In this document: positions 26,249 through 32,000 of the stretch, piece after piece
Layout of the letters: each line of letters starts with the position of its first letter
Position numbering within the stretch: the first letter of the stretch is position 1
Origin: Methanothermus fervidus DSM 2088
Lineage (GTDB): Archaea > Methanobacteriota > Methanobacteria > DSM-2088 > Methanothermaceae
DNA length: 32,000 nt
Direction of reading: 5' to 3'
Assembly (NCBI GenBank): GCA_000166095.1
Contig: CP002278.1
Location: 990,001 to 1,022,000 of the forward strand
The notes under the pieces: model-generated
What the model saw: only the letters and a program-made list of their open reading frames with translations
The model's database searches: none
What the model was told of the DNA's origin: nothing
Made by a program: the position numbers and the translations under genes

Positions 26249-29167
26249 TTACCAGATGTCTACTGTACCATTCTTGTTTGTGAATCTTGTTGTGTCTTTA
26301 ATTGTTGTTCTTGGTGGTATGTCTTTGGATATTATTTTGACTTGTGATGCACAACCTTCAATGTTGTATTTTGCATATAAATCAACTGACATGTAGTTTC
26401 TTCCTGTGTTTGTGAATACTGCTGTTGTTGATACTGCGTAGGTGTCTGGATATTTACCTAGATCTATTGTTGTTTCTTGTCCAGCATTCAATGTTATTGT
26501 TAATTCCTTGTAGTATACTTTAGTTCCATTAACTGGATTTGTGTAAACTGATATGTAGTATTTGAATGTTATTGTTGATGTTCCTGTATTTCTTAATATT
26601 ATTGAGAATGTCTTATTCTGGACTACAGGAGTTGGCGTTGGTACAACTGGTGTTGTTACATTCACTGTAACTGGTGTTAAGTTTCCTATTGTAACGTTGT
26701 AGGTTCCAGCTTGTGTTAAGGTGTAAGATAGGCTTACAGTTGTTGAGTTTCCTGGACCTACTGTTACTGTTGTTTGATTTACAGCATTGTTATTCACATA
26801 TAATGTTGCTGTGTAGTTTCCAGCTGTTCCTCCAGTGTTTGTAACTTTTGCTGTTGCAGTTATTGTTAGTGGTGCAACTCCAGATGTTGGAGTGACTGTT
26901 AAGTTGCTTAGTGTGAAGTTTGCTGGTGTTGTTACAGTTACTGTAACTGGTGGTAAGACATCTGTTACATTTGTTCCTATTGTAACGTTGTAGGTTCCTG
27001 CTTGTGTTAAGGTGTAAGTGAATGTTATTGGAACTGTTGTATTATTTCCAACTGTTAATGCCCGGCTTGCAACTGCAGCACCATTCACATATAATGTTGC
27101 TGTCACATTAACAGGTGTTGAGTATTTGTTTGTGAAGTTTGCTGTTGCTGTAATGTTTAATGGTGCAACTCCAGATGTTGGTGTAACTACTAAGTTGCTT
27201 AGGACATAGTTTGGATCGTAGACTTTAACTGTTACATTTGATGTTGGTAATATTGTTGTAACATTTGTACCCATCATTATTGTATGAGTTCCTACACCTA
27301 AGTTTGGATAGTTGAATGTTATTGGAAGTGTTGAATTTGCAGGAACTGTAATTGTTTGATTTGCAACTGCTGAACCATCAATGTAGAGTATAGCTGTCAC
27401 ATTAACAGGTGTTGAGTATTTGTTTGTGAAGTTTGCTGTTGCTGTAATGTTTAATGGTGCAACTCCAGATGTTGGTGTAACTACTAAGTTGCTTAGGACA
27501 TAGTTTGGATCGTAGACTGTTATATTCATTGTTTTATTCTGTATCATGTTTAGATTGTTATCTAACAATGTAACATTTAATGTGTAAGTACCTGGTGATT
27601 GTATGTATGGGTAGAAGTAATATGTAATTGTTTGTGGTGTTGGTGCATTTATATTCACTGTTGTATTTGCATTATATACTACATTAGTTGCATTAATAGT
27701 AACATTTAGATATCCTGTGAAGTTAGCACTTGTCACAGGAACTGCCACTGTAATTTGTCCAGGATATATTGTTGTTGGTGATACAGTGATGTCACCAAGT
27801 GCAACCATACCTACAGTTACTGGTACAATATTAGTTGTGCAGTTCCAAGGTTGACCAGCTATTGTTGCATTAACATATACATATATGTTGTAAGTTCCTG
27901 TTTGGTTTAATGTGTAAGTGAATGTTATTGGAAGTGTTGAATTTGCAGGAACTGTAATTGTTTGATTTGCAACAGGAGTACCGTTTACATTTAAGAATGC
28001 TGTGTAATTCCAGGCTAGACCACCAGTGTTTGTGATGTTACATGTTGCAGTTATTGTTAGTGGTGCAATTCCAGATGTTGGAGTGACTGTTAAGTTGCTT
28101 AAGGTAGCATATGGTGGATTTAAAACTGTGACTGTAACGGTGTTACCCTTCACAACTGTTGTACCATTTGTTGCCCAGACACTTACTGTATGATTACCTA
28201 CTTCTGAGAATTGATATGTTTGATTGTATGTCCATATTACTCCAGCAGTACTACAACCTTGTTGGAAAGCAGTTCCCCATAATGCATTACCGTCATACAC
28301 TAAAGTAGCATTTTTAGTGTCAGTTAGATCATTTGTTATAGTTGCACTGATGGTACATGTTGTATTCTTAAATACTGTAATAGTTGTGTTTGAACTTGTT
28401 GGCTGTCCTGTTTGAAGATTTGGAGCGGTAACTGTTACATTATAAACTTTTGTAGGTGGTGCACTTACAGTTACTGTCACATTATTGGTTGTGTAGGTGT
28501 AAGTTATACCAACTATTGTTGTAGTGACAGTTATATTTATGTTGTTAGTTCCTATTTGGCTTAATTGGTTTAATGTGTAAGTGAATGTTATTGGAAGTGT
28601 TGAATTTGCAGGAACTGTAATTGTTTGATTTGCAACAGGAGTACCGTTTACATTTAAGAATGCTGTGTAATTCCAGGCTAGACCACCAGTGTTTGTGATG
28701 TTACATGTTGCAGTTATTGTTAGTGGTGCAATTCCAGATGTTGGAGTGACTGTTAAGTTGCTTAAGGTAGCATATGGTGGATCTACAACTGTAACATTAA
28801 CGATGTTACCATATACGGTGTTTGTACTATTTGTTGCCATCACAGTTACTGTATGATTACCTGTTTGTGTGAATGTATAGTTATTGTATGTGTATGTGTA
28901 TGGGTATGTAGTAATGTTAGTTACAGTAGTAGTATTAACTGGACTATTATCCACTACTAAAGTAGCATTTGATACTTCATTTACTGTAGTATTTGTTATA
29001 GTTGCACTAATATTACATGGTGTATTCTTAAATACTGTAATACTTGTGTTTGAACTTGTTGGCTGTCCTGTTTGAAGATTTGGAGCGGCAACTGTTACAT
29101 TACTAACATTTACAGCAGAAGCTACGCCTGCTAGCGCAAATACTGCCAGCACCATTGCCAGCAGCAT
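26249..29167 (-). CDS. Large secreted surface (S-layer/adhesin-like) glycoprotein with repeated CARDB-like beta-sandwich domains, a Pro/Thr linker and a conserved C-terminal domain
   Basis: The signal peptide is MLLAMVLAVFALAGVASA. There are at least 5 copies of LSNL[TV]VTPTSG[IV]APL.ITAT...TN...Y.A.L.VNG..VANQTITVPANSTLPITF (CARDB-like). The linker is TTPVVPTPTPVV. I counted about 68 N-x-S/T sequons by hand. There is no C-terminal TM, LPXTG or PGF-CTERM. Confidence 0.8.
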   Translation of the reverse strand: MLLAMVLAVFALAGVASAVNVSNVTVAAPNLQTGQPTSSNTSITVFKNTPCNISATITNTTVNEVSNATLVVDNSPVNTTTVTNITTYPYTYTYNNYTFTQTGNHTVTVMATNSTNTVYGNIVNVTVVDPPYATLSNLTVTPTSGIAPLTITATCNITNTGGLAWNYTAFLNVNGTPVANQTITVPANSTLPITFTYTLNQLSQIGTNNINITVTTTIVGITYTYTTNNVTVTVSAPPTKVYNVTVTAPNLQTGQPTSSNTTITVFKNTTCTISATITNDLTDTKNATLVYDGNALWGTAFQQGCSTAGVIWTYNQTYQFSEVGNHTVSVWATNGTTVVKGNTVTVTVLNPPYATLSNLTVTPTSGIAPLTITATCNITNTGGLAWNYTAFLNVNGTPVANQTITVPANSTLPITFTYTLNQTGTYNIYVYVNATIAGQPWNCTTNIVPVTVGMVALGDITVSPTTIYPGQITVAVPVTSANFTGYLNVTINATNVVYNANTTVNINAPTPQTITYYFYPYIQSPGTYTLNVTLLDNNLNMIQNKTMNITVYDPNYVLSNLVVTPTSGVAPLNITATANFTNKYSTPVNVTAILYIDGSAVANQTITVPANSTLPITFNYPNLGVGTHTIMMGTNVTTILPTSNVTVKVYDPNYVLSNLVVTPTSGVAPLNITATANFTNKYSTPVNVTATLYVNGAAVASRALTVGNNTTVPITFTYTLTQAGTYNVTIGTNVTDVLPPVTVTVTTPANFTLSNLTVTPTSGVAPLTITATAKVTNTGGTAGNYTATLYVNNNAVNQTTVTVGPGNSTTVSLSYTLTQAGTYNVTIGNLTPVTVNVTTPVVPTPTPVVQNKTFSIILRNTGTSTITFKYYISVYTNPVNGTKVYYKELTITLNAGQETTIDLGKYPDTYAVSTTAVFTNTGRNYMSVDLYAKYNIEGCASQVKIISKDIPPRTTIKDTTRFTNKNGTVDIW
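27099..27224. repeat. 126-bp perfect intragenic direct repeat, copy A (partner 27393-27518)
   Basis: Compared base by base: gctgtcacattaacagg...ggatcgtagact is identical in both copies, at an offset of 294 bp (98 codons, one domain). Confidence 0.95.
27393..27518. repeat. 126-bp perfect intragenic direct repeat, copy B (partner 27099-27224)
   Basis: See copy A. Both encode VYDPNYVLSNLVVTPTSGVAPLNITATANFTNKYSTPVNVTA. Confidence 0.95.
27902..28119. repeat. 218-bp perfect intragenic direct repeat, copy A (partner 28565-28782)
   Basis: Compared base by base: ttggtttaatgtgtaagtgaatg...catatggtggat is identical, at an offset of 663 bp (221 codons, a two-domain unit). Confidence 0.95.
28565..28782. 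repeat. 218-bp perfect intragenic direct repeat, copy B (partner 27902-28119)
   Basis: See copy A. Both encode PPYATLSNLTVTPTSGIAPLTITATCNITNTGGLAWNYTAFLNVNGTPVANQTITVPANSTLPITFTYTLNQ. Confidence 0.95.
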
Positions 29168-29174
29168 TAAATTT

Positions 29175-29179
29175 CTCCT
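29175..29179 (-). promoter_or_regulatory. Shine-Dalgarno site (AGGAG) of the surface protein gene, with a second GGAGGTGA further upstream at 29187-29194
   Basis: The minus strand reads ...GGAGGTGAaaatattAGGAGaaatttaATG. AGGAG lies 7 nt before the ATG at 29167. A TATA-like TTTAAATATA (minus strand, 29237-29246) sits about 70 nt upstream. Confidence 0.5.
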
Positions 29180-29327
29180 AATATTTTCACCTCCAAATTC
29201 CCTTTTTATTCACAAGATAGCCTTATGAAAACTTCATATATTTAAAATTTTCGGTATTTTCACATTCTATACACTTTATATTTTAAAAAAATTGTTCAAA
29301 TTTTGTGAACACTACACATAATAAAAA

Positions 29328-30458
29328 CTAAATACATTGTTCATACACTTTCATAGTTTCCTTAACAACATTATCCCATGTAAATTTTGATAAAGCAAAT
29401 TTACGAACTTTAGATCTTGAATTATAACTAAGCAATTCTTTTAATGCCTTAACCAATTCATTGACATCATAATTAATTATCCTACCAACTTCATCATTTA
29501 TCCATTCTGAAATTCCACAATATTTTGTAACAATAACTGGAGTTCCGCATACCATAGCCTCAAGTACAACATTCCCAAAAGATTCATAATAATCCTTTGA
29601 TGGTAAAACAAAAACGTCCGCATCAGTATAAGCCTCAATTTTTTCCTTTCCATAAATAGGACCTGTTAAAACAACCTTCTTATCTATTTTTTTAATTAAT
29701 TTTTTTAGTTTTCCAAGATAATGATCATCAGGGCCTGCAATAACTAATGTTACATCTTCATTGTTAAGCTTGGAATAAGCCTTAATAAGTAAATCCAACC
29801 CTTTTCTTTCATGAATTCTTCCTAAATACAAAATCATTTTGCCTTCAATACCAAATTTTTTCTTAAATCTACCTTTTTTAGGTAATTCCCATGGATTAAT
29901 ACCATTAGGAATATGAACTACACGACTCATATTTACTTTTGGAAATACTTTCTTATATTGCCTAGATTCAATTTTAGATGATGCAATAATCCTACAAGCA
30001 TTATAGAATATCTTTGATCCAATAAAATCAAATATCTTTTTCCTAATTGTTTTTGAGAATCTTGGTGCTGAACCTCTTGGCTGCAATACATAAGGAACAT
30101 TATATTTTCTTGCATAATAATAAGCAACTAAAGCTAAGAAATTACGGAACTCATGTATATGAACAATATCATAATCCTTAATCTCTTTTCTAGCAACTAT
30201 TGGCATATAATAAGGTAGCGGGATGTTATGTGAAGATAAGAACATAGACAAATTTCTAAAATAATAAACATTGATGCCATCAACATTGATAGCTCTATTC
30301 TTAACAACATTAATTCTCCTCTTAAATCCGTCTGTTGTATAAACAGTTACATCATGACCTAATTTAGCTTGCCTATAACTTATTTCATATACAGATCTTG
30401 GAGGTCCTCCAGCTTCCCAAGATGGTTTAAAATATGGAACAACGTGAAGAATCTTCAT
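29328..30458 (-). CDS. GT4 glycosyltransferase
   Basis: MKILHVVPYFKPSWEAGGPP is the typical GT4 N-terminus, and ESFGNVVLEAMVCGTPVIVT is the E-x7-E region. The start was set at the ATG at 30458, which removes a 35-nt overlap with the upstream gene (track start 30494). Confidence 0.85.
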   Translation of the reverse strand: MKILHVVPYFKPSWEAGGPPRSVYEISYRQAKLGHDVTVYTTDGFKRRINVVKNRAINVDGINVYYFRNLSMFLSSHNIPLPYYMPIVARKEIKDYDIVHIHEFRNFLALVAYYYARKYNVPYVLQPRGSAPRFSKTIRKKIFDFIGSKIFYNACRIIASSKIESRQYKKVFPKVNMSRVVHIPNGINPWELPKKGRFKKKFGIEGKMILYLGRIHERKGLDLLIKAYSKLNNEDVTLVIAGPDDHYLGKLKKLIKKIDKKVVLTGPIYGKEKIEAYTDADVFVLPSKDYYESFGNVVLEAMVCGTPVIVTKYCGISEWINDEVGRIINYDVNELVKALKELLSYNSRSKVRKFALSKFTWDNVVKETMKVYEQCI

Positions 30459-30459
30459 T

Positions 30460-31620
30460 TTATCTTTCCAATAAATTTTTAAGTATTTTTTCAAATTTGT
30501 CAGTTATTTTTTCCCAATCTCTTTTCTCTACATACCTTCTAGCCTTAATTCCTTCTTTCTCAATATCTATCTTCCTTGCCAAATCAATTGTCTCCTCAGG
30601 TTTATCCACATAAAATACGCCATTCCCTTTGTTAAATTCCATGACTATTCCAGGTAACCTGGTTGCTATCACAGGCTTTGCCATTGCCATATATTCATAT
30701 ATTTTTATTGGGACTATATCTTGCATTATTTTATGTTTATGAGCTGGTAAAACACAAATATCAGCAGCAGCTAAAAATTTTGGTATCTCATCATATTTTT
30801 TCCTACCAGTGAGAATAATTTTGTTGCATTTATTAGCTATTTTCAAAAGATCATCATAGATATCTCCATCACCAACAATCATTAACTTCATATTTACATC
30901 TTTTTTACACAATTCTTCGGCTAACTCTTTTAAACCAGAAAATTCATAAAGATATCCCATAAAAAATAAAAGTAATTCATTATCTTTAATTCCATATTTC
31001 TTTCTTATCTCTCTACCATCTAAACTTAAATCAAATTTACTTAAGTCTATTCCTGCCCCCAATACTTTAGTTTTTTTAGGATTAGACCCTAAATCAATAG
31101 CAAATTGGGCTAAACGCTTGTTTATTGCTAAAACCAAATCTGACTCCTTAATAATTTTTTTCATCAATATTTTTCCAAAAAATTGTAAATAATTTTCAGG
31201 AATAAGCCTATATAAAACATCTATTAAGTAATAAACAAAAGGTATGTCATGTTTTTTAGCTTCATGAACTCCTAAAAAAGAATTTAAAATTCCAAAACCC
31301 AATATAACATCAGGATCAAATTCTTTAATTTGCCTTTTTATTTCCTTTTTGTGGAAATAAAGGATAGATATATAATCAAGAATTGGAATCTTTACAATGC
31401 TTGGCCTAATCACTGTAACATTAGCCTCAGGAATTACTTTATGTACATTCCTAAATATTTTCCTTTTTTCAAAAATTTTATATCCTTTCTTTCTATAATC
31501 TATTTCGTAATCAATTACTCTTATCTCATGACCTCTCACTGACAACCTATCAATTAGATGATGCTGTTGATGTGGGTTCCTAGTTATCCAATCTGACTCC
31601 TGTAATAGAAGTATTCTCAT
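30460..31620 (-). CDS. GT4-like glycosyltransferase
   Basis: MRILLLQESDWITRNPHQQHHL is the N-terminus. The C-terminal IVPIKIYEYMAMAKPVIATRLPG is a GT-B nucleotide-sugar binding region. Confidence 0.8.
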   Translation of the reverse strand: MRILLLQESDWITRNPHQQHHLIDRLSVRGHEIRVIDYEIDYRKKGYKIFEKRKIFRNVHKVIPEANVTVIRPSIVKIPILDYISILYFHKKEIKRQIKEFDPDVILGFGILNSFLGVHEAKKHDIPFVYYLIDVLYRLIPENYLQFFGKILMKKIIKESDLVLAINKRLAQFAIDLGSNPKKTKVLGAGIDLSKFDLSLDGREIRKKYGIKDNELLLFFMGYLYEFSGLKELAEELCKKDVNMKLMIVGDGDIYDDLLKIANKCNKIILTGRKKYDEIPKFLAAADICVLPAHKHKIMQDIVPIKIYEYMAMAKPVIATRLPGIVMEFNKGNGVFYVDKPEETIDLARKIDIEKEGIKARRYVEKRDWEKITDKFEKILKNLLER

Positions 31621-31628
31621 TTTTCACC

Positions 31629-32000
31629 TCAAAACTCTGCAGATCTCTTTATTTTATCCCAATTCTCAACAAACCATTTATATGTAATCTCAAGTCCTTC
31701 TCTAAATGAAACTTTTGGTTCATAATCTAGCAATTTCTTAGCTTTTTCAATTGATGACAATAATCTCGTTTTGACATCCCATTCTCTCCTTCCAACATAT
31801 ACAACGCCTGCTTCATTCCCTGTTAATTCATTGACAATTTTTGCTAATTCAATAACCTTATGTTCCTTCCCTGAACCCAGATTTATAGCTTCTCCAATTG
31901 CTTTTTTACGAACACCCATTTTTAATAATCCTCTGACTATATCACCAACAAAGGTCCAATCTCTTGTTTCATTTCCAGTGCCTGTTATTGGAAGTGGTTT
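31629..32000 (-). CDS. NAD-dependent sugar epimerase/dehydratase (SDR family). Only the C-terminal part is present and the 5' end lies beyond the window.
   Basis: The frame stays open upstream of the track's Met: KPLPITGTGNETRDWTFVGDIVRGLLKMGV...AINLGSGKEHKVIELAK...LLDYEPKVSFREGL. This is the typical G.G.QTRD[FW].[YF]V.D pattern of UDP-glucose 4-epimerase/dTDP-glucose dehydratase-like enzymes. Confidence 0.85.
   Translation of the reverse strand, partial: KPLPITGTGNETRDWTFVGDIVRGLLKMGVRKKAIGEAINLGSGKEHKVIELAKIVNELTGNEAGVVYVGRREWDVKTRLLSSIEKAKKLLDYEPKVSFREGLEITYKWFVENWDKIKRSAEF

Noticed and set aside
26249-29167. Regularly spaced identical repeats that might suggest a CRISPR array or a tandem satellite.
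   Set aside because: The repeats are 126-218 bp, in frame, and encode protein domains within one continuous 972-codon ORF. There are no short 25-40 bp repeats with unique spacers and no cas genes.

Overview
Strongly AT-rich, almost fully coding archaeal segment of methanogen type. This is supported by comA, tfe, hjc, hypC and nikR, by tRNAs without encoded CCA, and by Shine-Dalgarno sites of GGAGGTGA type. No organism is asserted. Left part (1-9.3 kb): nickel and hydrogenase-maturation genes (a maturation protease fragment, a PRMT-like methyltransferase, nikR, hypC), a disulfide oxidoreductase, and tfe with an HD-domain gene. It also holds a tightly coupled six-gene minus-strand operon: comA, an orphan ABC ATPase, a HypB-like G3E P-loop protein, an RnfB-type Fe-S protein, a CofE (F420-ligase) family protein and a DUF5591/PUA protein. 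Middle (9.4-20 kb): a secreted TIM-barrel hydrolase-like protein, a MOP flippase, methionine aminopeptidase, a five-tRNA cluster (Asn, CAU, Glu, Leu, His), hjc and nrdD. From 14.3 kb onward there is a surface-glycan island, interrupted by nrdD. It contains 8 intact glycosyltransferases, one decayed GT2 pseudogene, an FkbM methyltransferase, a flippase-like membrane protein, an epimerase and a sortase-like transpeptidase. These surround a 972-aa repeat-rich secreted protein with about 68 N-glycosylation sequons by manual count. The best candidates for undescribed biology are three. (a) The comA-linked ATPase/GTPase/Fe-S/ligase module. (b) A 119-aa C-terminal domain shared gaplessly (about 50% identity) by the giant surface protein and the secreted hydrolase-like protein 16 kb away, a possible cell-envelope anchoring module. 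(c) The sortase-like gene and the self-contained glycoprotein-plus-glycosylation island, which has perfect intragenic repeats. No CRISPR array, integrase or transposase was seen.
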